Positions 8,546-18,802 of a stretch of 64,000 nt of DNA are shown here, in pieces. The position numbers and the translations under genes are program-made. The notes beneath the pieces were generated by a model that had not been told where the DNA came from, made no database searches, and worked only from the letters and a program-made list of their open reading frames with translations. Position 1 is the first letter of the stretch, and each line of letters opens with the position of its first letter. The DNA comes from Parcubacteria group bacterium (lineage in GTDB: Bacteria > Patescibacteriota > Minisyncoccia > Moranbacterales > UBA9337): NCBI GenBank assembly GCA_041662245.1, contig JBAZSW010000007.1, positions 163-64,162 on the forward strand, given 5' to 3'.

Positions 8546-8761
8546 TTATTTTGTGATATAACTTTTCGCACATTTTGCGCAGTGAGTTTTGCCATTGGGA
8601 TTAATTTCTTTTTTGCCAGTCTTGGGACACTCCAAAAGACGGGATGTCTTAGCGGGCTTGTTTTTGCTCAGTGCCCAAACTCCAACAATAATGACAACTG
8701 TTAAATAGACACTTATCAACCAATAGGCGTGGGTTTCACTTAATACTGATAGCTGAAACAT
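8546..8761 (-). CDS. Small membrane protein with C-terminal Cys motif (possible Zn ribbon)
   Basis: SD AAGGAG before MFQLS; TM segment; CPKT...HCAKC. Confidence 0.6.
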   Translation of the reverse strand: MFQLSVLSETHAYWLISVYLTVVIIVGVWALSKNKPAKTSRLLECPKTGKKEINPNGKTHCAKCAKSYITK

Positions 8762-9139
8762 TTGTTTCTCCTTCTTTTTTATGAATTTCAAATGTCTTCT
8801 TCCCCTAGGATCCAAATTTCTTTGTTCTATATATTATTTTATTTTAATAATTTTAACCCAATTCTAATTTTTTATTCTATTTTCAAAGAGTAACATTTCT
8901 AAAACAATTTAAACTTATGTAGTTATATGTTAGCAGATGCGGATAAATATGCAATTAAATTAGAATTAATCTAGCGCTAAATCATTAGCCAAATATTGCA
9001 CGTGCGTTCAATTGACCAATGATGAGCAATAGAAATTATTCTTGTTGCAAAAAAGGATGGATTACCCTAGAAGCCTAGGTGATAGAAAAGTAAAACAAAT
9101 TACTTTTTTATTTCGTCCTTCGAATCCGCTCCGATTTTC

Positions 9140-9241
9140 TCATTCCTCACAAAAGCCAAACTCTTGGATTTCTCTTAAATTATTAGTGCACCCAGTGTAC
9201 AATTTTCCATCATTGCATTTTAATATGTAAACATAATACAT
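9140..9241 (-). pseudogene. Truncated GIY-YIG nuclease, N-terminal fragment
   Basis: Manual translation MYYVYILKCNDGKLYTGCTNNLRE, then unrelated sequence and a stop at codon 34. Confidence 0.8.
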
Positions 9242-9268
9242 AATTATTTTGTCACCTTTAGTAGAAAA

Positions 9269-9333
9269 ATCCCGCCTTTGCGAGCTACTAGCGGACTTAG
9301 TCCGCCGTAGCCCGCTACTGCGGGCAAAGGCGG
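9269..9333. repeat. GC-rich nested hairpin (REP-like/terminator) at the tRNA-Ser 3' end
   Basis: ccgcctttgc...gcaaaggcgg outer stem with inner gcggacttagtccgc and cccgctactgcggg hairpins. Confidence 0.65.
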
Positions 9334-9419
9334 AGAAGGAGGGATTCGAACCCTCGATACGGTTTAACCCGTATAACAGGTTAGCAACCTGCCGCTTTCA
9401 GCCTCTCAGCCACCTCTCC
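9331..9419 (-). tRNA. tRNA-Ser(GCT)
   Basis: GGAGAGGTGGCTGAGAGG...CAGGTTGCTAACCTG...GGGTTCGAATCCC; long variable arm. Confidence 0.95.
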
Positions 9420-9554
9420 ATGTGTCTAATTTTAAAAAATATTAAATCACAATGAAAATAATATCAACAAATCAGGATTAAGGCAAGTTAATATGGTTTT
9501 TGATAGCTATCTTTTGTATTTTTTTTGGAGTAAAATAGAAAGGATTTAAATAAA

Positions 9555-10016
9555 TTGGAAAAGAAAATTTTTATGAAAAATAATATAATTTTAATTTCAA
9601 TAATTTTAGCGATAATTTTTGGAGCTAATTTTATTTGGGAATCAGCCCATTCTTTTTTATATATGCCTCATTATGCAGGATTTTGGAGTTTTGTTTTTAT
9701 ACATATTAAAGCAAGTCTTGGTGATATGCTTATTTATGTTTTACTCTATCTGAGCGGAGCTTTCGTTTTTAGAAACAATAAATGGTTTTTGACCCAAAGG
9801 AAATATCCTTATCTGTTTTTAATTTTTATGGGTTTTTGTTTAGCGATAATTATTGAGAACTTTGCTTTAAAATCGGGTAGATGGGCCTATAATGATTTAA
9901 TGCCCATCGTACCTATTATCAATATCGGACTAAGCCCAATATTGCAACTGGTAATTATACCTTCTGCTATAATGAAAGTAATTTCAACGTATTATAGGAA
10001 ATTTATTTTTATCTAA
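9555..10016 (+). CDS. Hypothetical integral membrane protein
   Basis: About 4 hydrophobic segments; likely ATG start at 9573. Confidence 0.7.
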   Translation: MEKKIFMKNNIILISIILAIIFGANFIWESAHSFLYMPHYAGFWSFVFIHIKASLGDMLIYVLLYLSGAFVFRNNKWFLTQRKYPYLFLIFMGFCLAIIIENFALKSGRWAYNDLMPIVPIINIGLSPILQLVIIPSAIMKVISTYYRKFIFI

Positions 10017-10023
10017 AAATAAG

Positions 10024-10620
10024 ATGCAAAAGAAAATAATAATATCTGGTAGAGAAATAAATTATCAGATTAGAAAATACAAATTATCCAAAAATTTAAA
10101 ATTGAGTATTCGGCCTTGTTTTGAAGATGAGATTGGTTGTGAAAAAAATTCTCGTTTAAAAATTTTAGTAGCTATCCCGAGTCGAGTAAGTTTAGTAGCA
10201 GTTGAAAAATTTATTCAAGAAAAGAGCGATTGGATAGTGGATAAATTAGATGAATTGAAAATTATCAGTCCAGAGCCGAAAATAATTTGGGATAAAAAAA
10301 CTCGCACAAGAGAAAGAAAAAAAGCTAAAAAAATAATTATTGAAAAAGTTACTTATTTTGGCAATCTTTATGGTTTTCAATTTAAGCGTATCGTTATTCG
10401 AGCACAGAGAACTAGATGGGGAAGTTGTTCTAAAGATGGAAACTTAAATTTTAACTACAAAATGATTTACCTGCCAGAGAAAATAATGGATTATATAATC
10501 GTTCATGAGTTGTGTCATTTAGATCAATTTAATCATTCCAAAAGATTTTGGTTTTTGGTTTCAGAAATTATTCCCGATTATCGAGAATTGAGGAAGAAAT
10601 TGAAGAAAATTAATATCTAA
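10024..10620 (+). CDS. YgjP-like (DUF45) metal-dependent hydrolase
   Basis: RWGSCS and YIIVHELCHL..FNHSKRFW motifs. Confidence 0.9.
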   Translation: MQKKIIISGREINYQIRKYKLSKNLKLSIRPCFEDEIGCEKNSRLKILVAIPSRVSLVAVEKFIQEKSDWIVDKLDELKIISPEPKIIWDKKTRTRERKKAKKIIIEKVTYFGNLYGFQFKRIVIRAQRTRWGSCSKDGNLNFNYKMIYLPEKIMDYIIVHELCHLDQFNHSKRFWFLVSEIIPDYRELRKKLKKINI

Positions 10621-10623
10621 TAG

Positions 10624-10680
10624 AAGTTTGTAAAGTTTTAAAGATTATAAGGTTTGTAAAGTTTTATAAAGATATAAAAG
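10624..10680. repeat. Degenerate ~9-bp tandem repeat (AAAGTTTRT-like)
   Basis: aagtttgt aaagtttt aaagattat aaggtttgt aaagttttat aaagatat aaaag. Confidence 0.6.
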
Positions 10681-10809
10681 TTGATGGCTGACCGCATCGT
10701 AATTGATGACTGGGTATCTATTTGCTTTTTTGAGAAGAATGTCTTAGTATTTTGGTAGTTATTTTTTAGGGCGTTTCTATCAATTCATTTTAATTTATGG
10801 GGGTAGAAT

Positions 10810-11067
10810 ATGAAACTTTTTGTCAACGGAAAATCAAGGCGAATTTGCTCAGATGTTGTAAAAGTGTTAACAATTCAATTTGATGAATTGGTGAAGTTAT
10901 TGAAAGGGAAAAATGAAGTTTTCAAATGGCTAAACGGTCTTGATGGAAATCATCTTACCGTCAGAGTTTTATTGAAAAATGCGGGACTTAAAACTTTGTC
11001 ATCGGACATAGGAATAGCTTTTCTAAAAAGTAAGTTTCCTTGTCCTGCCGGAATTAACTCCCATTAA
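10810..11067 (+). CDS. Hypothetical protein
   Basis: 85-aa ORF with SD-like GGGGG. Confidence 0.55.
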   Translation: MKLFVNGKSRRICSDVVKVLTIQFDELVKLLKGKNEVFKWLNGLDGNHLTVRVLLKNAGLKTLSSDIGIAFLKSKFPCPAGINSH

Positions 11068-11077
11068 GAGAGGCGAT

Positions 11078-11374
11078 ATGGAAGATTTGAAATTGAAAAT
11101 CAGCAACCTCGTCGCGGTGACCGTAACATCGATGAATAGTTTGGGGTTTTCCGAAAAAGATAAAAAAGATTTCTTGAAAGCGCTAGGAAAAGAGGTTTTT
11201 GCTGATGGCAATCTGGAATCCCTAGCTGAGTTGCCATTAAGAGAAATTGAGGTGGAGCATGGAGTCACCAGTATATTAATAAGTATGGCTGATAGGGGCT
11301 TTAATCTTGATGAAAAAAGATTATTGCTTCAATGTCTAGCGCAAGAACTTGCTATAGAATCAGAATTGCTGTAG
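11078..11374 (+). CDS. Hypothetical protein
   Basis: 98-aa ORF with SD GAGAGG, followed by a terminator hairpin. Confidence 0.6.
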   Translation: MEDLKLKISNLVAVTVTSMNSLGFSEKDKKDFLKALGKEVFADGNLESLAELPLREIEVEHGVTSILISMADRGFNLDEKRLLLQCLAQELAIESELL

Positions 11375-11417
11375 CTTTCCAAAAGAGGATTTGCAAATAT
11401 TTATGTAGGTCCTCTTT

Positions 11418-12365
11418 TTACATTTTTTTTAAAATGTCTTTTACATTTTTTAAATTATTGATGCGTACTGCTTCGGCACGAAGAGCAGTGGCTTGGGGGT
11501 GACCTTTAAGATAGGCGGAGAGTTGAGCGCGAAAAGTAACAAAACCTTTTTCTCCATAATATTTTTTTACTAATTGCGCATGTTTTAAGATAATTCTTTT
11601 TTTCTCTTTCAAAGTGGGCAGGGTAAACTCGCCAAAATTGATAAATTCTTTGATTTCTTTAAAAATCCAAGGATTACCAATAGCCGCTTGGCCAATCATT
11701 AAAGCTTGGCAATTTGTTTTTGTTAGATAAAATTTGGCGTCTTGGGGATTTTTAATCCCGCCATTATAAATAATTGGAATTTTTAGAAGTGAATTTAATT
11801 TTTTTATAATTTTCCAATCGGGTTTTTCATGAAACATTCCTTGGAGAGTTCGAGCATGAACAACTAATTGATCAATGCCCGCCTTTTCTAACTGTGGAGC
11901 AAAGATTAATATTTCTTCTGGACTTTTGAGTCCCAAACGAGTTTTTATGGAGAGTGGCAGGGGGGTTGATTTTTTGATGGATTTGATTATTTTGATAACA
12001 TTTTTAATATCACCCATTTGTGCCGCTCCATAGCCTGCTTTTTGTGCTTTTTTAACAGGACAGCCTAGATTAATATCAATACCTAACGGTTTTATTTTTC
12101 GAGTGATAATTTTGGCTGATTCGCTCATGGAAATAGCCTCCTTGCCAAAAATTTGAACCCAAAAATTTTTTTCTTGGATGCTAAATTTTTCGGCTAAAGC
12201 AAGTGATTTATTTTCTTTTTTTTGACTGCGAAAAACTCCCTCTGCACTAACCATCTCACTCCAAGTGATGTCTGCTCCAAGCTCTTGGCAAATCTGGCGC
12301 ATGGCTTTGTCAGTAAAACCAGCCATAGGCGCAAGGACTAATTTGATATTTGAATTTTTTAACAT
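11418..12365 (-). CDS. tRNA-dihydrouridine synthase (DusB-like)
   Basis: LAPMAGFTD, DINLGCP, KTRLG, VHART, NGGI and GNPWIF motifs; start placed at MLKN. Confidence 0.93.
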   Translation of the reverse strand: MLKNSNIKLVLAPMAGFTDKAMRQICQELGADITWSEMVSAEGVFRSQKKENKSLALAEKFSIQEKNFWVQIFGKEAISMSESAKIITRKIKPLGIDINLGCPVKKAQKAGYGAAQMGDIKNVIKIIKSIKKSTPLPLSIKTRLGLKSPEEILIFAPQLEKAGIDQLVVHARTLQGMFHEKPDWKIIKKLNSLLKIPIIYNGGIKNPQDAKFYLTKTNCQALMIGQAAIGNPWIFKEIKEFINFGEFTLPTLKEKKRIILKHAQLVKKYYGEKGFVTFRAQLSAYLKGHPQATALRAEAVRINNLKNVKDILKKM

Positions 12366-12534
12366 ATTTTTTTGATGTATTAACACTTCTTTTATCTTAT
12401 AGATATTTAAAATTATGACAAGACTGTATCCCATTATTATTTATTTAGGATTGAAATAATGGAAAGATGTGTTAGAATTAATTCAAAGATACAATAAAAT
12501 TAATAATTTCTGGATATTTCTTAAAATTATCTAG

Positions 12535-13095
12535 ATGCTAAAAAATATGGAAAACAATGAATTGGATTCTATTAATAAATCTATTGAAAGCGATGCGCAA
12601 GAATTAGCAGAATTGGAATTGAGAACTAATCAAATCAAAGATCGTTTTGAAAAAAATAAATTGATTAAGCAAAAATTAGAAGGAAAAAATATCGTTGCTG
12701 AAAATTTTAATAAAGATTTGGAAATATGGGGATTGAGCGTAGATGAAGCGCTAAAAAATATAGAGACTCGTTTGGCAGATTGGCATCCTAGAGTAGGAGG
12801 GATTGATTTTAAAGCGATGACAGAAAAAGGATTCCTATTAAAGGAAATTGCCGTAGAGGGTGATAAAATAGAATTAGTAGGTGGCATAATAGGAAAGGTA
12901 GATGAACTTAAAGAAAAAGGTCTAGAATTAGCAAAAAAATCAGCCGAATCGATAATGATAAGGATAAACGCTGGGGAAAAAGATTTAAATAAACATTTCC
13001 CTCTTATTATAGGTGTATTTAAAATTTTTGATGATAATGTTAACGCGGACAAATATCAAAAAATATACGAAGAAGGAGAACAACTGTTAAAATAA
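12535..13095 (+). CDS. Hypothetical protein
   Basis: 186-aa ORF with coiled-coil N-terminus. Confidence 0.65.
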   Translation: MLKNMENNELDSINKSIESDAQELAELELRTNQIKDRFEKNKLIKQKLEGKNIVAENFNKDLEIWGLSVDEALKNIETRLADWHPRVGGIDFKAMTEKGFLLKEIAVEGDKIELVGGIIGKVDELKEKGLELAKKSAESIMIRINAGEKDLNKHFPLIIGVFKIFDDNVNADKYQKIYEEGEQLLK

Positions 13096-13165
13096 ATTAA
13101 AATATAAAAACATTATTTTTTGAAATGCTAAGATGTTAATAAGCTTTATGTTATAATGTGGGTAT

Positions 13166-14272
13166 ATGAAAATAGGAATCAATGCATCTTTTGCAAGAAA
13201 GCCTGGCAGTGGCACAGGGGAAGTAACACTAAATTACCTACGTGCTTTAAACAAAAAAGATAAAAATTCTAGCTTTGTTTTATATCTTGAAAAAGATATT
13301 GGTTTGGATTTGTCAGATAACTTTAGAAAAAATATTTTTTTGCCTTTTTACAAACGAGATGATTTAATTCGGAAAATTATTTGGGAAAAATTTTTATTGC
13401 CTAAAAAAGTCAAAAAAGATAATTGTGGGGCCTTTATCAGTTTGTATCAGTGTCCCACTGTTTTAAATAAGAAAATTGAGCATACCATGGTGGTTCACGA
13501 TATTGTTCCCGAATTATTTCCGGAATATGTAAATAATTGGCGCAAAAAATTTTACTGGTGGCTGACTAAACGAGCGATAAAAAAAGCAAACAAAATTATA
13601 ACAGTCAGTGTTAATACGAAAGAGGATTTGATAAAGCATTTGGGGATTAATCCAGATAAAATAAGGGTCAATCATAATGATGTTGATAATATTTATAAAA
13701 AAGAAGTTGCTGAATTTGATTCACAAGTCGTTTTAAAAAAATACAATTTAACTCCGGGATATATTTACACAGGAGGAGGATTGGATAAAAGAAAAAACAT
13801 TGATACTTTAATCTATGCTTACAAGATACTATGGGATAGGGATAAAAATATTCCCGACTTAGTTATTTCAGGAAAGTTAATGCCTCAAATGGCTCCTCTC
13901 ATAATTGACGTAGAAAAAATAGTTAAAGAATTAAAAATGGAAAGCAAAATTAAATTACTTGATTTTGTGGCTCAAGAAAATATGCCGGCTATTTATAAAA
14001 ATGCCAGTGTGTTTGTTTATCCATCCTTATATGAAGGATTTGGCTTACCACTTTTAGAAGCGATGAATGTGGGAGTAGCGGTTGTAACATCAAACAATTC
14101 TTCTTTGGGAGAAATAGTTAAAGACAGTGCAGTTTTATTTAATCCTAATGATAAAGAGGATATCGCTCAAAAAATTATACGAACTTTGAAAAATGACGAT
14201 TTGAGAAAAAATAATATTGCCAAAGCTAAAGAATATGCCAAAAATTTTTCTTGGGAAAAGTTTGTCAGCTAA
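13166..14272 (+). CDS. GT4 family glycosyltransferase
   Basis: RKNI, PSLYEGFGLPLLEAM and FSWEK motifs. Confidence 0.92.
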   Translation: MKIGINASFARKPGSGTGEVTLNYLRALNKKDKNSSFVLYLEKDIGLDLSDNFRKNIFLPFYKRDDLIRKIIWEKFLLPKKVKKDNCGAFISLYQCPTVLNKKIEHTMVVHDIVPELFPEYVNNWRKKFYWWLTKRAIKKANKIITVSVNTKEDLIKHLGINPDKIRVNHNDVDNIYKKEVAEFDSQVVLKKYNLTPGYIYTGGGLDKRKNIDTLIYAYKILWDRDKNIPDLVISGKLMPQMAPLIIDVEKIVKELKMESKIKLLDFVAQENMPAIYKNASVFVYPSLYEGFGLPLLEAMNVGVAVVTSNNSSLGEIVKDSAVLFNPNDKEDIAQKIIRTLKNDDLRKNNIAKAKEYAKNFSWEKFVS

Positions 14273-14328
14273 TAAAAAAAAGAAGGTAGCTCGAAATTAT
14301 CCAAGCTACCTTTGAATCAAGATTCAAA

Positions 14329-14589
14329 TCAAGAATGTTTTTTTGCCGGTACTATTAAAAATAACAAAGAAACAAGGTTTATAATAATTGATAAGATGCA
14401 GATTAATAAAAGTAGGCTGATAGCGAGAGGGATTCTCCTGATGACTTCAGATACATTATCAATTGCTATTATCGCAAAATTAGAGTCTCCGAGTAGTAAT
14501 AGAGCTATCATAAAAAGTGTTAAAAATGTTAACGTAACTGAACAAAGCCAAATTTTTAAAGCTAATTTCGACTCTCGATATTCCTCCAT
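14329..14589 (-). CDS. Small two-TM membrane protein, hypothetical
   Basis: SD GGGGAG before MEEYRE; two hydrophobic segments. Confidence 0.55.
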   Translation of the reverse strand: MEEYRESKLALKIWLCSVTLTFLTLFMIALLLLGDSNFAIIAIDNVSEVIRRIPLAISLLLLICILSIIINLVSLLFLIVPAKKHS

Positions 14590-14638
14590 AACTCCCCCCG
14601 ATTTGTTAAATTTTTGATAAAAATTAAAACACAAATAT

Positions 14639-16225
14639 ATGTTGATACAATTAAAAAGTTTTGTCAATAAAATTAATTCTGCCAAATATTATTTGTTGGC
14701 AGTCAATATTATTCTTGTTGGAGCGCTTATAATGTTGGCCAATTTTGGAATATTGCCCTTTAAAAAGATGAGCGATTTTATTTTTTTTGCGGGAATAGGT
14801 TTTATTTTTGCGCTTTATCGTCCTGGGTGGAGTTTTCTATTTTTTATTGGAACAATTGCCCTGGAAAACATAAATTTAGCACCCAAAGAATTAGGGGTAG
14901 CTATTCGTCCTTATCAGTTTTTAGGATTTTTGACATTTGTAGCAGTGGGAGTTCGTTATTATTCTCGTCGGCTTAATTTTAAATTGCCAAAATTTCGATG
15001 GACTGAATATTTAATAATATTATTAGTGTTAGGCGGATTTTTGGGAAGCCTCAATGCTCTCAATGGGGGAATTGCGTTAAAACAATCAATTATTATTCTT
15101 TCTTTTGGGCTATTATATTTTTTAGTGAGAGTGTTTATTCAAAATTTAGATGATATAAAAAGAATAATTCCTTTTTTTCTTAGTTCTTCTACGGTTATAA
15201 TAATTTATGGAATTTGGCAAAATTGGCAGTTTATGCGAGGAAAAAATAATTTTGAAGTGATGGCGGGGCGAACTAATGCTACTTTTACAGAAGCTGATTG
15301 GTTTGGTATTTTTTTGGTTTTTCTTTTGTCAATTTTATATGTGGTCGTTTATAACCTTTATAGTAAAATAAAGATTTTTGAGCTAGAACGTCGACGGGTT
15401 GCTTTTGCGCAAGTTTTATTTAGTGGATTTCTGATAATCTTAAGTTGGATCGCTCTGATAATTACGGTTTCACGTAGCGCTTGGTTGGGGGTGGCAGTAA
15501 TTACTTTGGGAGTATTATCCTATTGGATACTAAAGAAAAAGGTAAAATTAATTTTAATTATTTTGGCAAGTATTTTAATCGCTTTTGCATCGGTTTATTT
15601 TTTAAAATTAACTAATTTTCAGTTAGATAATAGAATTCAAAGCACTACTTCTGGTCAGCAAAAAATCACAATTGCTTGCGGTGGTGAAGTGCAAATCCCT
15701 GGTCCGATTGACGATATTACACAGTTAAAACAATATGGTTGTGAGCACATTAATTTAGAAGATATTAAAAAAGAACAATCTACTGGTCGGGTAATTAAAG
15801 AAATATATAGAAAGGATCCCAATGTTAGTATTCGCGCAAAAATTTATAAAAAATCATGGAATGAAATAAAAAACCATCCTATTTTTGGAATTGGTTGGGG
15901 AAATATTGCAGATATTTTGGGTAAGGACGAAAGAGGTACGGGGCTTAATTCAAGCAATATCTTTTTGGAAGTATGGTTGGGGGCGGGAATTATTGGGTTG
16001 CTGTCTTTTGCTGGTCTGGTAGGATATATTCTTGGACGAGGAAAATGGTTTTTTCTAAAAAAATTAAAAGAAGGCAAATTTTTTCGAGAGGATAGTGAAA
16101 TGGATTTCTTTTGCCTATTTTTAATTTTGAGCGCTACGGCGATAATTGTTCCCAATTTGTTTAATGCAGGAATTATGTTGGGATTTCTCTGGGCGTGGAT
16201 GGGGATAGTTATGGTTAGGGAGTAG
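14639..16225 (+). CDS. O-antigen ligase/polymerase family membrane protein
   Basis: Multi-TM; SRSAWLG and R...HPIFGIGWG motifs (Wzy_C-like); flanked by glycosyltransferases. Confidence 0.82.
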   Translation: MLIQLKSFVNKINSAKYYLLAVNIILVGALIMLANFGILPFKKMSDFIFFAGIGFIFALYRPGWSFLFFIGTIALENINLAPKELGVAIRPYQFLGFLTFVAVGVRYYSRRLNFKLPKFRWTEYLIILLVLGGFLGSLNALNGGIALKQSIIILSFGLLYFLVRVFIQNLDDIKRIIPFFLSSSTVIIIYGIWQNWQFMRGKNNFEVMAGRTNATFTEADWFGIFLVFLLSILYVVVYNLYSKIKIFELERRRVAFAQVLFSGFLIILSWIALIITVSRSAWLGVAVITLGVLSYWILKKKVKLILIILASILIAFASVYFLKLTNFQLDNRIQSTTSGQQKITIACGGEVQIPGPIDDITQLKQYGCEHINLEDIKKEQSTGRVIKEIYRKDPNVSIRAKIYKKSWNEIKNHPIFGIGWGNIADILGKDERGTGLNSSNIFLEVWLGAGIIGLLSFAGLVGYILGRGKWFFLKKLKEGKFFREDSEMDFFCLFLILSATAIIVPNLFNAGIMLGFLWAWMGIVMVRE

Positions 16226-16410
16226 AGGAATTTTTAATTACCAATTTTCGATAGGTTTCCAAGTGATCAAATGATTTAAGATATTAAAATATCAGCGTAT
16301 AAAATTAACGTATTCAAATACCAAAAAGATGATTTTTTTAGAGAAAAAGATAATAAAAGCCATGCTTTAGGGTGAACAATAAAAATGTTTAAAAGTTAAT
16401 TATCAAACGG

Positions 16411-17550
16411 ATGAAAATTGCAATTGATATTAGGAATATTGGCAAGCAAAGAACTGGAAGTGAAACGGTAGTTTTGGAGTTAACGAAGGGTCTCTTGGAA
16501 TTAGACAAAAAAAATAAATATTTACTGCTCACTGATACTGATGACCAAACAGTTTTGGAAAATATAAGGAGAGATTTAAATCTAAGTGATAAAAAAAATG
16601 TAAAAGTTATTTCTCTTGAGGCTAAAAATAAATTCATTTGGGCAGCTTGGACAATGCCAATATTTTTTCGAAAAAATAAAGTAAATATTTTTCATACAGA
16701 ATATATTTTGCCGTTTTTTATTCCTCGAGAAGTGAAGGTAGTAACTCATATTCACGACGTTTCTTTTAAGGTTTATCGGAAAATGATTTTAAAAAGGGAT
16801 CTGTTTTTTTTAGATTTGCTTATTCCTAGAAGCATAAGAAGGTCAGATAAAATAATTGCTGTCAGTCAATTTACTAAAGATGAAATTTTAAAATATTATA
16901 AAGTTAATTCTGATAAAATTGTAGTTGTTCTTAATTCAATAAACCTTATAGAAAAAGAAGATACTCGAGAATTCAGAGATTATATTAGGCAAAAATATAA
17001 ATTGCCAGAGAAATATATTTTGTATTTGGGAACTCTTCAGCCAAGAAAGAATGTTCCCGTTTTAATGGGAGCCTATGCTCGAATAAAAGATAAAATTCCA
17101 GAAATTAAATTAGTGTTAGCTGGCAATAAAAACGCGCATAACTTTGATAAGAAAATAGATGCAGTGCTAAAAAAAGATGAGTTGGAAAAAGATATTTTAT
17201 TTGCGGGATTTATTGATACAATAGATAAAGCTATCGTTTACAAAATGGCGGAGGTTTTTGTTTTTGCTTCTTTTTATGAAGGATTTGGAATACCTATTCT
17301 TGAGGCTATGAGTCAGGGCGTGCCTGTTTTAGCTTCAGATATTCCGCCTCATAGAGAAATAGGAATTGAGGCAAACGTTTATTTCAAACCATCAGATATT
17401 GATAAATTATCAAATATGTTATATAATATTTGTGTAGATAAAAAGAATAGAGAAGAGCTAATTAAGCTAGGTTTGGCTAGGAGTAGCGATTTCTCTTGGA
17501 AAAAGTCAGCTCAAGAGATGCTGAATGTTTTTAATTCGTTTAATAATTAG
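16411..17550 (+). CDS. GT4 family glycosyltransferase
   Basis: GTLQPRKN and YEGFGIPILEAM motifs. Confidence 0.92.
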   Translation: MKIAIDIRNIGKQRTGSETVVLELTKGLLELDKKNKYLLLTDTDDQTVLENIRRDLNLSDKKNVKVISLEAKNKFIWAAWTMPIFFRKNKVNIFHTEYILPFFIPREVKVVTHIHDVSFKVYRKMILKRDLFFLDLLIPRSIRRSDKIIAVSQFTKDEILKYYKVNSDKIVVVLNSINLIEKEDTREFRDYIRQKYKLPEKYILYLGTLQPRKNVPVLMGAYARIKDKIPEIKLVLAGNKNAHNFDKKIDAVLKKDELEKDILFAGFIDTIDKAIVYKMAEVFVFASFYEGFGIPILEAMSQGVPVLASDIPPHREIGIEANVYFKPSDIDKLSNMLYNICVDKKNREELIKLGLARSSDFSWKKSAQEMLNVFNSFNN

Positions 17551-17562
17551 ATTAACAAAGAT

Positions 17563-18714
17563 ATGAAGTGGTTTGGCAAAAAAAATAATGGTTTAGGGGA
17601 TAACAATCCTGCAAAAAAAAGTAAGAAAAAAATAATTTTTATTAGTTTGGGAGTCATAGTTCTAATTGGAGGAATATTTCTTTGGAAAACAGGTGGTTTT
17701 TTAAATAAAATTAGTACTGGTGGGGGTATTTTCAGTAGTATCGTTAAATCTCTTCCTGGAGCAGACAATTCATTGAAAGGAGAGAAAGAAGGCAGAATTA
17801 ATATTCTGCTTTTGGGAATGAGAGGAGAACATGTGACGGGAGGAGGACTTCTTGCAGATACTATTGAAGTGGTAAGCATTAAACCTGCTGAGAAAAAAGT
17901 TTCCATGATTTCTATTCCCAGAGATCTTTATGTGACTGTTCCTGGAGAAAGCTATCAACAAAAGATAAATTATGTTTATTTTCATGGAGAAGAAAAAGAT
18001 AGAAATGGTGGAGGAATAAAAGAAATGAAACAAATTGTCTCAGATATTACAGGTCAGCCAATTCATTATGCGATTACGATAAATTTTGCAGGTTTTGAGC
18101 AATTAGTAAATGCTATTGGAGGTGTAAAAATTCATCTTGATCAAGCTTTCACAGAACCCCTTCAATTTCATGAAGAAAAAGTTTGTGACCCAAATGTGTT
18201 TACGGTAAAAAGTGGAAATTTTCAATATAAGAAAAATGATAAAGGAAAAATAGTGGCCACTTATCCACTTTGTTATAACTCTAGCGAAGAATGCGGAGGA
18301 GTATTTTCTCTTCCTGCCGGAGATCAAACGCTAGATGGTGCCAAAGCACTTTGCTATGTTCGTTCTCGTGTAACTTCCAGTGATTTCGATAGAGCCAGAA
18401 GACAACAACAGGTTTTGGCTCAAATAAAGAAGACGGCTTTCAGTGTGAATACGCTAACGGACTTTTCTAAAATTAACGATATCTTAAATAGCTTGGGCGA
18501 TAATACTAAAACCGATTTGGAGGGATGGGAGATGAAAAAATTGTTTGATACTTATAGAGGTTTGGGTGATGATATCACCATTACCCAGAAAGTTTTAGAA
18601 AATTCTGAAGAAGGACTTTTATATTCTCATGAAGGTGATGATCGAGGATATATTTTGATACCGCGTGGAGATAATTATGACAAAATAAAATCTTTATTTA
18701 ATAGTGTTATTTAA
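17563..18714 (+). CDS. LCP (LytR-CpsA-Psr) family protein
   Basis: INILLLG, ADTI, SIPRDL, YVRSR and DFDRARRQQ motifs. Confidence 0.9.
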   Translation: MKWFGKKNNGLGDNNPAKKSKKKIIFISLGVIVLIGGIFLWKTGGFLNKISTGGGIFSSIVKSLPGADNSLKGEKEGRINILLLGMRGEHVTGGGLLADTIEVVSIKPAEKKVSMISIPRDLYVTVPGESYQQKINYVYFHGEEKDRNGGGIKEMKQIVSDITGQPIHYAITINFAGFEQLVNAIGGVKIHLDQAFTEPLQFHEEKVCDPNVFTVKSGNFQYKKNDKGKIVATYPLCYNSSEECGGVFSLPAGDQTLDGAKALCYVRSRVTSSDFDRARRQQQVLAQIKKTAFSVNTLTDFSKINDILNSLGDNTKTDLEGWEMKKLFDTYRGLGDDITITQKVLENSEEGLLYSHEGDDRGYILIPRGDNYDKIKSLFNSVI

Positions 18715-18802
18715 TTTAACTTCCAATCCGCAATTATTTATAAGGAGTTCGATTTTAAATAACAAAATCGAACTCCTTCATTGCTTATAGTAAAATTGAT
18801 TT

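Noticed and set aside
9224-9256. dif-like sequence (ATAATTATGTATTATGTTTACA on the minus strand)
   Set aside because: It is the start of the GIY-YIG fragment (ATG TAT TAT GTT TAC), and the spacer length is wrong.
6700-9330. Prophage or integron next to ssrA and tRNA-Ser
   Set aside because: No integrase, phage structural genes, duplicated tRNA 3' end or repeated attC sites were found.
9042-9455. ORFs 9042-9230 and 9249-9455 (+)
   Set aside because: They are antisense to the GIY-YIG remnant and tRNA-Ser, and show no protein features.
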